DNA of 64,000 nt from an uncultured Gammaproteobacteria bacterium (GTDB taxonomy: Bacteria > Patescibacteriota > Patescibacteriia > JAHIZJ01): NCBI GenBank assembly GCA_964594455.1, contig CAZQLY010000006.1:8629-72628 (forward strand), written 5' to 3'. The notes under the pieces were generated by a model. That model saw only the letters and a list, made by a program, of their open reading frames with translations. It had not been told where the DNA came from and did not search any database. Shown piece by piece: positions 1-8,753 of this stretch. Within the stretch, counting starts at the first letter, position 1, and the number at the start of each line of letters is the position of its first letter. A program made the position numbers and the translations under genes.

Positions 1-248
1 GCGAACGCGGTGGCTGTCTGAGTTCAAGATCAGCACAGAAGATATTTGATCGCGCATTGCATAAGGCGGGTATCAGCAAGAAGGCGACTTTTCACAGCTT
101 GAGACACAGCTTTGCCACTCATCTGCTGGAAAACGGCGTTGATATACGCTATGTTCAGGAATTGCTGGGTCATAACAGTATTAGAACCACGCAGATGTAC
201 ACGCGGATAACGAATCCAGGATTGAAAAGTATAACAAGCCCGCTTTAA
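1..248 (+). CDS. Tyrosine recombinase / phage-integrase family, C-terminal fragment (5' end lies outside the window)
   Basis: Frame open to the window edge. C-terminal catalytic motif [37 protein letters not shown] carries the conserved R, H-x-x-R and terminal Tyr typical of XerC/XerD/integrase family. Confidence 0.75.
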   Translation, partial: ERGGCLSSRSAQKIFDRALHKAGISKKATFHSLRHSFATHLLENGVDIRYVQELLGHNSIRTTQMYTRITNPGLKSITSPL

Positions 249-259
249 TAAATTGAGCT

Positions 260-289
260 TTGACAGATATTCAGAAAACATGATAGTGT
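260..289 (+). promoter_or_regulatory. Possible sigma70-like promoter (TTGACA, 18-nt spacer, TAGTGT) upstream of the GC-rich ORF
   Basis: TTGACA at 260-265 followed by a weak -10. Sequence inspection only. Confidence 0.2.
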
Positions 290-340
290 GTTTGTGTGTT
301 TTATGACTAGTGGTCAGTTCTTTCTCTAAGGAGGTGCGAA

Positions 341-586
341 TTGGGCTCAAAGATGAGGGTTCAAACGCCGGGTCAGGCCAAAAGCCGGGCCAGGAAGCTG
401 GCTTGCCGACGCCAGAAGCAGGCGCGTTATCAGGAGGAAGCACGCCGTCGCGGGATTCCTGTGGGACAAGTTCCCTTCGTTCTCTTCCAAGAGATGCAGG
501 AAGGCCAGAGGCAGAGAGCGGCTGAAGTTCAGCGCAGGCTCGAAGAGATGTCGCGGCGCAGAAGGAGTCCTTGGGACCCGTGGTAG
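341..586 (+). CDS. Hypothetical small Arg/Glu/Gln-rich basic protein (81 aa) in a GC-rich island, TTG start
   Basis: GC-rich segment (about 300-600) in an AT-rich genome. Perfect SD AAGGAGG at 328-334, 6 nt before TTG at 341 (ATG at 353 is an alternative). Hairpin terminator immediately downstream. Other frames in this GC-rich patch are also open, so the frame choice rests on the SD. Confidence 0.45.
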   Translation: MGSKMRVQTPGQAKSRARKLACRRQKQARYQEEARRRGIPVGQVPFVLFQEMQEGQRQRAAEVQRRLEEMSRRRRSPWDPW

Positions 587-599
587 AATGTGGTCACAT

Positions 600-627
600 G
601 TCACCCAGAATTAGGGTGACTTTTTTT
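600..627 (+). terminator. Rho-independent terminator (GTCACCC-loop-GGGTGAC plus T7)
   Basis: Perfect 7-bp inverted repeat at 600-620 followed by TTTTTTT at 621-627. Confidence 0.6.
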
Positions 628-654
628 ATAAAACAAAACAGGGTATTCACCCTG
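628..654 (-). terminator. Rho-independent terminator for the convergent GalT-like gene (CAGGGT-ATTC-ACCCTG)
   Basis: 6-bp stem at 639-654. The minus-strand T-run is the complement of AAAACAAAACA at 628-638. Confidence 0.45.
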
Positions 655-675
655 CTTTGTTGTTTATGTGTTGTT

Positions 676-1605
676 TTATTTTCCTCGGTAGAATTTTGCC
701 GCGTCTTCCGGTGCTACCGCGTTCACTACCAATCGTGATCCTAGTTCCAATCCGGCCCAAGTGGCTTTTCTCGGACAAACCCGGAAGTAAAGATGTTCAT
801 CCTTATAATGCACTACTTGATGTAGATACAAGTTGTATGGAAGATTAATTTTGTTAAGCTTGGCAATAATCTTTTTTAGGAATTTTGCCATTGATTTGCG
901 TTCAGCTGGTTTGAGATCAGCCACATTGTCTATATGACGGCGGGTCAGAATCCAGGCCTCATAGTTGTAATTAGAGGCATAAGGGGTGTAGGCTGCTACA
1001 TTGCTGTCATTGCCGATCCAGCGGGAACCGCGCATTTCTTTTTTGATCAGCCGGCAGTAATAACATTCACCGCGTCGGATTTCATATTCTTCAGCCCGTT
1101 TCAGTTTTTCTAAGACATGGGGCGGAATAAATTCGGAAGCAAATATTTGGGAGTGGGCATGGTCGATGGAAGCCCCAGCCTTACCACCGTTGTTTTTGAA
1201 GACCAGAATGTAGTTAATACGTTTGTCTTTTGACAGATCCCTTACCCTATCTCCGTAAACTTTAAGCACATCGGCTATATGTTTGGTGGATAGTTCAGCC
1301 AGCTCTACATCATGTTCCGGGGTTTCGATCACAACCTCCTGCTGTCCGTAGACATTGTCATTATCTTTGCTGACAACCGGGAATTTGTTTTTAATAGATT
1401 TAATTCTCCAATTACGGCCACCAAGAGTTAATTCTGGCTTTATCTTATTAATGCTTTCAGGACAGAAAGGACACTCCTTTTTATGAACCATAGGGGCTAC
1501 TTGTGGAGTAAAATTATGTGGGCGATCAGACCGCCCAGGAGCAATAATAACTGTCCGGTTGTGGATATAATTTTCTCTGATTTCTGCCTTTCTTTTCTTT
1601 GCCAT
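676..1605 (-). CDS. GalT-like HIT-family nucleotidyltransferase (galactose-1-phosphate uridylyltransferase / ADP-glucose phosphorylase family)
   Basis: N-terminal CPFCP zinc motif and HxHxQ active-site motif (IDHAHSQIF), 309 aa. Sits in the alpha-glucan cluster. Confidence 0.65.
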   Translation of the reverse strand: MAKKRKAEIRENYIHNRTVIIAPGRSDRPHNFTPQVAPMVHKKECPFCPESINKIKPELTLGGRNWRIKSIKNKFPVVSKDNDNVYGQQEVVIETPEHDVELAELSTKHIADVLKVYGDRVRDLSKDKRINYILVFKNNGGKAGASIDHAHSQIFASEFIPPHVLEKLKRAEEYEIRRGECYYCRLIKKEMRGSRWIGNDSNVAAYTPYASNYNYEAWILTRRHIDNVADLKPAERKSMAKFLKKIIAKLNKINLPYNLYLHQVVHYKDEHLYFRVCPRKATWAGLELGSRLVVNAVAPEDAAKFYRGK

Positions 1606-1609
1606 ATTA

Positions 1610-3091
1610 TTAGCTTATCAATTTCTGATAAAGTTGTACATATTTTTCAGCTGAAGCTACCCAAGATGAGTCATAGTTCAAGGCACTCGTGACCAACTTT
1701 GCCCAGGCTTCTTTATCATTATGATAAAGCTCCAAAGCCCTTTTTACAGCCTCAAAGAATGCATCTGGGTCGTAGCTGTTAAAGACAAACCCATTGCCGG
1801 ACTCATTGTTGCTGGTATAGTCGGTGATGGTGTCTTTTAATCCTCCCGTAGCTCTGACAACTGGAATGGTTCCATAGCGCAAGCTGATTAGCTGGCCTAA
1901 TCCGCAAGGTTCAAAGCGCGAAGGCATGAGAAACATATCTGAGCCGGCATATATTTTTTGGGCCAGTTCAGCGTTGAACTCTATCTTGGCATACATTTTA
2001 TCTGGATGAGCAGCGGCCATTTCCCTCATAGATTTTTCAATATCTGGACTGCCTGTTCCCAATAGAATGAATTGCATATTTTCTTCAGCTAATTCATTGC
2101 CCACTCCCGCTATTAAGTCGAGACCTTTTTGTCCAGCTAAACGCGATACAATTCCTAAGACCGGTATATTATTGTCTACCTTTAGACCGCAGAGCTTTTG
2201 TAAATCGGCTTTACATTCAGCTTTGCCAGATGGATCGTTGGCCGAGAAATTCTTTACTATGTGCTTGTCTGCTTCCGGGTTAAACCGTTCAACATCGATT
2301 CCATTCAAGATACCAACTAAATCACCTTTCCTTTTTATCAAAGATTCTTCCAGGCCAGCGCCATATTCCTTGGTTAATATTTCCTGGGAGTAGGTTGGCG
2401 ATACCGTGTTGATATAATCAACTGCCAGGATGGCTTGCTGCAGACTAGATATCTGACCGTCTCTTTGCTGATTGAGCGTGGGGTAATCTTCTTCTTTAAT
2501 TCCCAGGGCTTCAAAAATAGTTTCGGTTTTATACCAGCCTTGGTATTCAAGGTTGTGAAGAGTCAGCATTGTTTTTATGTGAGACAGCTTGGCGTTATTT
2601 TTGCTGAGAATCTTAACTATTACCGGTATCATGCCAGCGTGCCAGTCTTGACAATGCAGTATGTCAGGATACCAATCCAGGGCTTCTATAACCGATAGGC
2701 AGGAGCGAGCAAAAAAGGTAAAACGTTCAGCCTCACGATCAGAACCACCTGATGATGCATCAGCCTCAAAATAGACACCGTTTTCACCTAGATATTTTTT
2801 ATGGTCGATTAAATAAACCGGCACATCACTTCCGGGCAGGGGGGTTTCATAGATTGTAACGATTTCATTATTGCCATTAAAAGGCACGGCAACGTTTTCT
2901 GCCACCTTTTTTAAAGGATGCTTTTTCTCGTCGACAATACCGTATTTTGGTATAGCGATACGAACATCCACACCCAGCTTATTTAAAGCTTTTGGCAAAG
3001 CACCGGCCACATCAGCCAGTCCTCCTACTTTGGCGATGGGTGTTAATTCGGCTGTGGCAAACAAAACCGAAGGTAGATTCTTTTTGGTCAT
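1610..3091 (-). CDS. glgA: Glycogen/starch synthase, GT5
   Basis: N-terminal KVGGLADVAGALPKAL motif (the K-x-GGL signature of GT5 synthases), 493 aa, C-terminal GT-B fold motifs. Confidence 0.9.
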   Translation of the reverse strand: MTKKNLPSVLFATAELTPIAKVGGLADVAGALPKALNKLGVDVRIAIPKYGIVDEKKHPLKKVAENVAVPFNGNNEIVTIYETPLPGSDVPVYLIDHKKYLGENGVYFEADASSGGSDREAERFTFFARSCLSVIEALDWYPDILHCQDWHAGMIPVIVKILSKNNAKLSHIKTMLTLHNLEYQGWYKTETIFEALGIKEEDYPTLNQQRDGQISSLQQAILAVDYINTVSPTYSQEILTKEYGAGLEESLIKRKGDLVGILNGIDVERFNPEADKHIVKNFSANDPSGKAECKADLQKLCGLKVDNNIPVLGIVSRLAGQKGLDLIAGVGNELAEENMQFILLGTGSPDIEKSMREMAAAHPDKMYAKIEFNAELAQKIYAGSDMFLMPSRFEPCGLGQLISLRYGTIPVVRATGGLKDTITDYTSNNESGNGFVFNSYDPDAFFEAVKRALELYHNDKEAWAKLVTSALNYDSSWVASAEKYVQLYQKLIS

Positions 3092-3121
3092 GACTAGTTT
3101 TTTATGATTAGTGCTAAATAT

Positions 3122-4102
3122 TTAGTAAGGATCAAACTTACCAGTGAGAATTTTTATGATATTTTGTTGATAGAAGGTAACAGCTTTCTTGCGCAGAGGC
3201 TTTTCGGCCGGATGAGTGGTGCGCATGAAGTAATCTATATTGCTGATCCCTTGCAAGAGGGCTTCAACCTCGAATAAACCGTCAAAAGCTTTTTTGTATA
3301 AAGTTTGTTTCTTGAAGTTGTTTAGTAGATACTTTTGCCAGCCTGGGTGCATGAAAGCCCTATTCCAAATAACGGAGATGTCATGGGCTGGATTTCCCCA
3401 ATCTACATTTTCCCAATCGATTATATAGAACTTATTTTTACCATATTTAAAGAAGTGGCTGGCGTATGGCTCGTAATGGGTTAATACACTTTGGTGATTG
3501 TCAAACAAAGCTTCGTTTTTTATCAGTCTATACTTTATCTGTTCGGCTGCGTGTGGGAAATCAACAAAGCCGGGAATTTTATGCCATCCGATCAGTTCCA
3601 TGTTGGTAGCCAAGGTATGTTTGGCGTAGACTTTTTTTAGCTTAGCTGGAAATCTTTGAGAGAATTTATGCATTCCCGCAAAGAAATTGACCAGCCAGTC
3701 TGCTGTTTCATGTTTAAAGAATGATGGCTGAAACACAAAGTTGCTTTCCTTGATGTTTTGAGGCTCGCCATCCAAATATTCTCTGATGTACCAGGCGCGT
3801 CCTTTGAAATTTGAGTGATGGATTTTTGGAGTAGCTTGATGAAAGGACGTTTGTTTATGTTCGTGAAAGTGATTGAGGGTAATGATTTCACGTCGAATGC
3901 CATTGTTGGTTCGAGGATCAATTCGGTTAACGTAAAGACAGGTCTTGAAAACGACTGACAGGTGGTTCATCCAGCATTTGGCTACATAAAAACGGGGACC
4001 GTTTCTATTTACCTTTGCAATACGTAGTTTGTACCGCTTAACTATTCTGTCCTTGTTTTTTTTAGCAGCACTAAGCTGCTTTTTTCTTACGGCGGGATCC
4101 AT
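3122..4102 (-). CDS. APH-like phosphotransferase-family kinase (possible sugar kinase / maltokinase-like)
   Basis: YIIDWENVDWGNPAHDIS matches the APH/CotS/choline-kinase D-x-E/DFG-equivalent motif. A putative catalytic-loop H-x-E lies upstream. The track ORF starts at 4174; start set at the internal Met at 4102 to reduce overlap with the upstream gene. Confidence 0.5.
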   Translation of the reverse strand: MDPAVRKKQLSAAKKNKDRIVKRYKLRIAKVNRNGPRFYVAKCWMNHLSVVFKTCLYVNRIDPRTNNGIRREIITLNHFHEHKQTSFHQATPKIHHSNFKGRAWYIREYLDGEPQNIKESNFVFQPSFFKHETADWLVNFFAGMHKFSQRFPAKLKKVYAKHTLATNMELIGWHKIPGFVDFPHAAEQIKYRLIKNEALFDNHQSVLTHYEPYASHFFKYGKNKFYIIDWENVDWGNPAHDISVIWNRAFMHPGWQKYLLNNFKKQTLYKKAFDGLFEVEALLQGISNIDYFMRTTHPAEKPLRKKAVTFYQQNIIKILTGKFDPY

Positions 4103-5501
4103 GCTTTTTGGTGAGCAGATGCTTCTTTTCTTGCAATTCAGTAACACGATCACGAATCTGAGCTGCTCGCTCATATTCTTTGTTCCTGGCTGCTTCCAGC
4201 ATCTGGCGATTTAAATTGTTAACTATCGAATTAAATTCCTTGACAGGAATGTAGGGCATTTCAACCGTAATTCTTTGAGTAACATCTTCATCGGCCAACT
4301 TGGCTAGACTTTCTACTTTGCCAGTTCTCTGCCACTCAAAAGCGGAGAAAATAATTGATTGATATAACTGCTGGGCTTTTTGATAGGTTGATTTAGGAAG
4401 GTTTGGTACCATCAGGATCACGTCTCTCAATTCTTTGGCTCCAGCTTCAATCATTTCAATGCTCCACCAAGGCATAGCAGAGGCCCACCAGTATTGATCA
4501 CTATGCAATGAACGATCTAAGGCTTTTCTAATAGACGGATATTTCTTAGACTTGGGGTTCAGATTGTTGACTGATTTAATAGCCATATTAGTCAGTTGCC
4601 ACTGGGCTTGGTGTATTTCATTATTCTTGTCGTTCCAGCGTGAAAAAGGAGTGTTTTGTTCGATGTCGCGCTGCATTAGAGCCCAGCTGGAGGAATGAGG
4701 GACTATCCCTTCTCGTTTTGTGAACACATCATTTAATTCCGACAAAGTGACGCTTTTTATTTGAGGAACTTTATATAAGTCAAAAAGCAGCTGCTCTAAT
4801 CCCGGGCGATGATGTCCAAAAGTCTCTCCATCCATGGCAGTCACGAGAAAATTCTTTTGTTGGAGACGCTTGCCGAGCAAATTAACTAACATTTTACTTG
4901 AAAAAACGCTCACGCCAACCTGAGCGGATAATATTCTGAAACTGACATCACGTTCACGGAAAAAGAAGGACAACTTTTCATCTCCCTTAAGATGGTAAAT
5001 TGTGTCGTGGCTAATGTTTTTATGATCGGGGTGAGCCAACTCATCCATAATAATCCAACGGTAGCCCAGCTTTTGAGCGACCTTGGCTATCTTGGGGGCA
5101 TATCCCATTTCGGTGGGGAAAAGACCGGTCGGATTATAGGATTTTCCAAAATATTTTTTGTTGGTCGCGTGATTGAGTTTAATCTGACGGATGATTTCTG
5201 ATTCTGGTAACAGGGGCAAAAAAGGATGGTATTTTGCCGTGTCAGTGAATTCTATTTGACCGCGATCAGCCAATTTTTTAATATCCCGCACAACATCCAG
5301 ACAACCGTCACGCTTAAAAAGCTCAACTAAAACAGCGTTTATGTTTAAAGTAAGACGGGCCTTGGGGTTTTTCAATAATCCAGCTACGATCTTGCGGTAG
5401 CTTTCATTTGCGATTTTCTTTACCCAATAACTCTTTTGAGTAGGTGGTTGATAAAAATGTAGAAAGTTTGCCCAATACATAAGGTAATTATAGATTAACA
5501 A
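4071..5501 (-). CDS. GH57 family glycoside hydrolase (alpha-amylase / branching-enzyme family) with a C-terminal UVR-like motif
   Basis: N-terminal WANFLHFYQPP GH57 signature. C-terminus EYERAAQIRDRVTELQEKK resembles the UvrB/UvrC UVR helical hairpin and is followed by a Lys/Arg-rich tail. Confidence 0.75.
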   Translation of the reverse strand: MLIYNYLMYWANFLHFYQPPTQKSYWVKKIANESYRKIVAGLLKNPKARLTLNINAVLVELFKRDGCLDVVRDIKKLADRGQIEFTDTAKYHPFLPLLPESEIIRQIKLNHATNKKYFGKSYNPTGLFPTEMGYAPKIAKVAQKLGYRWIIMDELAHPDHKNISHDTIYHLKGDEKLSFFFRERDVSFRILSAQVGVSVFSSKMLVNLLGKRLQQKNFLVTAMDGETFGHHRPGLEQLLFDLYKVPQIKSVTLSELNDVFTKREGIVPHSSSWALMQRDIEQNTPFSRWNDKNNEIHQAQWQLTNMAIKSVNNLNPKSKKYPSIRKALDRSLHSDQYWWASAMPWWSIEMIEAGAKELRDVILMVPNLPKSTYQKAQQLYQSIIFSAFEWQRTGKVESLAKLADEDVTQRITVEMPYIPVKEFNSIVNNLNRQMLEAARNKEYERAAQIRDRVTELQEKKHLLTKKHGSRRKKKAA

Positions 5502-5519
5502 TTAAAAAATACAAAACTT

Positions 5520-6752
5520 TTATTTTACTTTCTCACCGCCAAAAAATCGAGTAAAGGCCTCATTGCCTAAATACTGACGACGTATTTCATCGGCTTTACC
5601 TGTTTCCTGCCAGCGATTTGTCAGATTGACAATATCATCATACAGGCCGGAAGCCTGCTTCATAAACGTTGGCTCGGCTTCAAAAGCCCGGAATACTCTC
5701 AGTGTTTTATGTGCTGCTAAGGCGACAATGCGGGTATCCCACCAAGGCGAAGCTGCCGCCCACCAGTATTGATCTGAGGCCAGAGCCTTATCCAGTAAGT
5801 TTCGAGCGTGCTGGTATCCAGGGTTGTTTGAGGATAACTCTTTTATGCTTTTTATGGCTAGGTTGGTCAGCTGCCATTGTTTTTGGTGGATCTCGTTCTC
5901 TTTGTTTTTCCAGAGAAAATAAGGTTCCTGGTCTTTTAATTCCGATTCACGTGAGGCCCAGCTAGCCGGCCGAGGCTTAACAGTCTCATATTTCGAGTAT
6001 TGTTTCAAGAGCTGACTCAGGGTCAAAGATTGTACATTTTTTGAGCCAATCAAACGAAACCAAATGGGTAATAATTTTGGGTTATGGTGTCCAAGATTTT
6101 CACCGTCAAAAGCCGTAATAAGATACTTAGTTACCCGATCGCTCTTTTCAACCGCGTCCATGAATGTCTTGGGGGTTTTCAGTATATCCATAAAAAACAA
6201 ATCGCTGATTAATCGATTACGAAATACCACCTTCAAATCATCAGTACCTATTTGATATCCGTGGTTAAATGAAATTTTTCCGACTGTACCTTTGGCTGAT
6301 ATTTCATCCAGAACCACCCACCGGTAACCCAAATCTTTAATTATTTGGGCCACGGAATCGCTGTAGCACATTTCAGGAATAAAGAAGCCTTTAGGACGAT
6401 AGACAGAACCAAAAAATTTTCTGTTACAATCATAGTTTAACTGTATTTGCCTTTCGACCTCAGAAGAGTCGACCAAAGCTAAAATGGGATGATATTTAGC
6501 CGATCCGGTAAATTCAATTTGTCCGTTTCCAGCCAATTCCTTTATTGATTCCAGAACCTCAGTATGGCCGTATTGGTATAGTTGCTCGGTAAGCGAACCG
6601 CAAACGTTTAAAGTAATCTTGAATTCAGGGTATTTTTTCAGAGTTTGAAAAAAAGGCGCGTATGATTCCTGAACTACTTTTGCGATGATAGTTTTATCCC
6701 AATCTGGAGGCTGGTAGATGTGAAAAAGGTTCGCCCAGTAAAATTGTTTCAT
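5520..6752 (-). CDS. GH57 family glycoside hydrolase, paralog of the upstream gene
   Basis: N-terminal WANLFHIYQPP. Collinear similarity to the 4071-5501 product (QIEFTxxAKYHP, LGYRW). Confidence 0.75.
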   Translation of the reverse strand: MKQFYWANLFHIYQPPDWDKTIIAKVVQESYAPFFQTLKKYPEFKITLNVCGSLTEQLYQYGHTEVLESIKELAGNGQIEFTGSAKYHPILALVDSSEVERQIQLNYDCNRKFFGSVYRPKGFFIPEMCYSDSVAQIIKDLGYRWVVLDEISAKGTVGKISFNHGYQIGTDDLKVVFRNRLISDLFFMDILKTPKTFMDAVEKSDRVTKYLITAFDGENLGHHNPKLLPIWFRLIGSKNVQSLTLSQLLKQYSKYETVKPRPASWASRESELKDQEPYFLWKNKENEIHQKQWQLTNLAIKSIKELSSNNPGYQHARNLLDKALASDQYWWAAASPWWDTRIVALAAHKTLRVFRAFEAEPTFMKQASGLYDDIVNLTNRWQETGKADEIRRQYLGNEAFTRFFGGEKVK

Positions 6753-6756
6753 TTGA

Positions 6757-8235
6757 TTAAGACTTTTTACCCTCTGAATAACGTAGAGCTAAGCGGTATA
6801 GTTTAACATATTTTTTAGCGGGAATTTCCCAGGAATAACTTTTGTGCATACCAACAACGACTAGATCGTGCCAGCTATCATCATATTTGTAAGTTTCCAA
6901 AGCTCGGGTTATAGCAATTAACAAGTCTCGCGAATCGTATCGTTTAAAGACAAAGCCGTTACCTTTCTTAGTTTTGGGGTTATAGTCAGTTACTGTGTCG
7001 ACCAGTCCCCCAACAGCGCTGACTATTGGTACAGAACCATAACGTAGGCTGATCAGCTGCCCCAAACCGCAAGGTTCAAAGCGCGAAGGCATGAGAAACA
7101 TATCTGAGCCGGCATATATTTGACTGGCCTTCTTGGTGTCAAATATCAGATGACTGCCAACTTTCTTGGAATATTTTTTAGTAATTTTCCTGAAATATTT
7201 TTCATACCTTTTTTCGCCACCACCAACCAGTACCAACTGAAGGTCTTGACGCATTAAGGGTTCGATAATTTCCATTATTAGATCAAAGCCTTTTTGTTCG
7301 GTAATTCTCGAGACCATTCCGATTAAAGGCACGCCGGGCGTTTCCGGTAGGTTAAATTCTTTTTGCAGAAAATGCTTGTTCTTTTCTTTTTTATGTAGCG
7401 AATTAAAATCGTAGTTTTTATGCAAACCGGGATCAGTAGCCGGGTTGAAGTCGAAATAATCAATCCCGTTGATTATTCCAAATAAGCGATCTTTGCGATT
7501 CAAGAGAATGCGATGTAAATCCTGCCCGAATTCCTTGGTTATTATTTCTTGAGCGTACTGTTCTGAAACAGTGTTGATCACATCAGCATAGAGTATGGCT
7601 CGTTTGGCAAAGTTTATGCAGCTGATTGCTTCTTTGTCAGAAAAGAGGGGTAGGCGTGAGTGACCGTAATCCTTCTTTTCAGGAGGGACGGTCCACCAAT
7701 CTTGTCCCATTTGAAAAGCCAAATTATGTATGGTAAAAAGAGTAGCCGTGTCCTTGAAAAATGAATTATTGCGGAAACGCTTCTTCAAGAAATAAGGGAT
7801 TAAACCAGTATGCCATTCATGGCAGTGTACTATATCTGGCTTGAAGTTCATTAGGGTAAGGAGTTTCAAAGCCGCCAAGGAAAAAAATAAAAACCTTCGG
7901 TTGTCATCCTGGGATCCATAGATAAACTTGTATTTACCGAAATGATGGTAATGTTCCACAAAGAACACCGGCAAGCCAGGCATCAACTCGCCCTGCCAGA
8001 AGTTAGCGTGCCGAACGTTTTTATCATCTATCTTGATAGGAATGTTCTCAGCGTATTTTTTTAAGTTATATTTTTTTACATCAATAACTCCATGTAGGGG
8101 CATGATGGCCACTACTTCATGATTTAGCCGATGCAAAGCTTTGGGCAGTGATCGAGCGACATCTGCTTGGCCGCCCGCTTTGGCAAACGGAGCGATTTCA
8201 GCGGAGATAGACGCTATTTTTAATTGCTTGGGCAT
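6757..8235 (-). CDS. glgA: Glycogen-synthase-like GT5 glycosyltransferase (second GlgA paralog)
   Basis: AKAGGQADVARSLPKAL N-terminal motif. C-terminal block AGSDMFLMPSRFEPCGLGQLISLRYG identical to the first GlgA. Confidence 0.8.
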   Translation of the reverse strand: MPKQLKIASISAEIAPFAKAGGQADVARSLPKALHRLNHEVVAIMPLHGVIDVKKYNLKKYAENIPIKIDDKNVRHANFWQGELMPGLPVFFVEHYHHFGKYKFIYGSQDDNRRFLFFSLAALKLLTLMNFKPDIVHCHEWHTGLIPYFLKKRFRNNSFFKDTATLFTIHNLAFQMGQDWWTVPPEKKDYGHSRLPLFSDKEAISCINFAKRAILYADVINTVSEQYAQEIITKEFGQDLHRILLNRKDRLFGIINGIDYFDFNPATDPGLHKNYDFNSLHKKEKNKHFLQKEFNLPETPGVPLIGMVSRITEQKGFDLIMEIIEPLMRQDLQLVLVGGGEKRYEKYFRKITKKYSKKVGSHLIFDTKKASQIYAGSDMFLMPSRFEPCGLGQLISLRYGSVPIVSAVGGLVDTVTDYNPKTKKGNGFVFKRYDSRDLLIAITRALETYKYDDSWHDLVVVGMHKSYSWEIPAKKYVKLYRLALRYSEGKKS

Positions 8236-8249
8236 AGTATTTTATCAGT

Positions 8250-8753
8250 CTAGCTATTAGACTTTGAGTTTTTATTTTTTTGAATATTTAAATATTGTCC
8301 AGCACAGAAAGCACAAGCAACTGCGTCAGCCACATCGTCAGGTTTGGGTGCTGAGCGAAGCTTAAATATCGGCAAAATCATTTTTTGGACCTGCTCTTTT
8401 GTAGCCTGCCCGTATCCGGTTATGGATTGTTTAATCTGCAAAGGAGTTAATTCTATGATTGGCAGATTCATAGTGGCAACTGTGAAGGTAATTACCCCCC
8501 AGGCTTGCCCGACACTGAAAGCGGTTTTAGCATTTTTAAAGAAAAATAGTTTTTCTATGCCAACATAATCAAGTTGATGTTTTTTAAGAACTTTTTTTAT
8601 ATCTTTGTTTATTGATTGTAGCCTCTGAGGCAGCTCTTGGTCAGAGGGTGTGGTAATTAGCCCGGCTTCTATTATGGAATATTTATTCTTTTGATTTTCT
8701 ATGACCCCGTACCCGATTCTGGCTAAGCCGGGATCAATGCCGAGTATTTTCAT
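8250..8753 (-). CDS. ruvC: Holliday junction resolvase RuvC
   Basis: MKILGIDPGLARIGYGVIE N-terminus, 167 aa. Confidence 0.9.
   Translation of the reverse strand: MKILGIDPGLARIGYGVIENQKNKYSIIEAGLITTPSDQELPQRLQSINKDIKKVLKKHQLDYVGIEKLFFFKNAKTAFSVGQAWGVITFTVATMNLPIIELTPLQIKQSITGYGQATKEQVQKMILPIFKLRSAPKPDDVADAVACAFCAGQYLNIQKNKNSKSNS

Noticed and set aside
2067-2393. Numerous 60-110-aa ORFs antisense to glgA, rpoB, rpoC, ftsK, sufS and other genes
   Set aside because: They lie embedded in well-supported long genes on the opposite strand with no independent signals. Treated as chance ORFs.
3122-4174. Full-length 350-aa reading of the APH-like kinase ORF starting at 4174
   Set aside because: The first about 24 codons overlap the upstream GH57 gene by about 100 nt and encode a Lys-rich stretch. 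An internal Met at 4102 is the more plausible start, though this is not certain.
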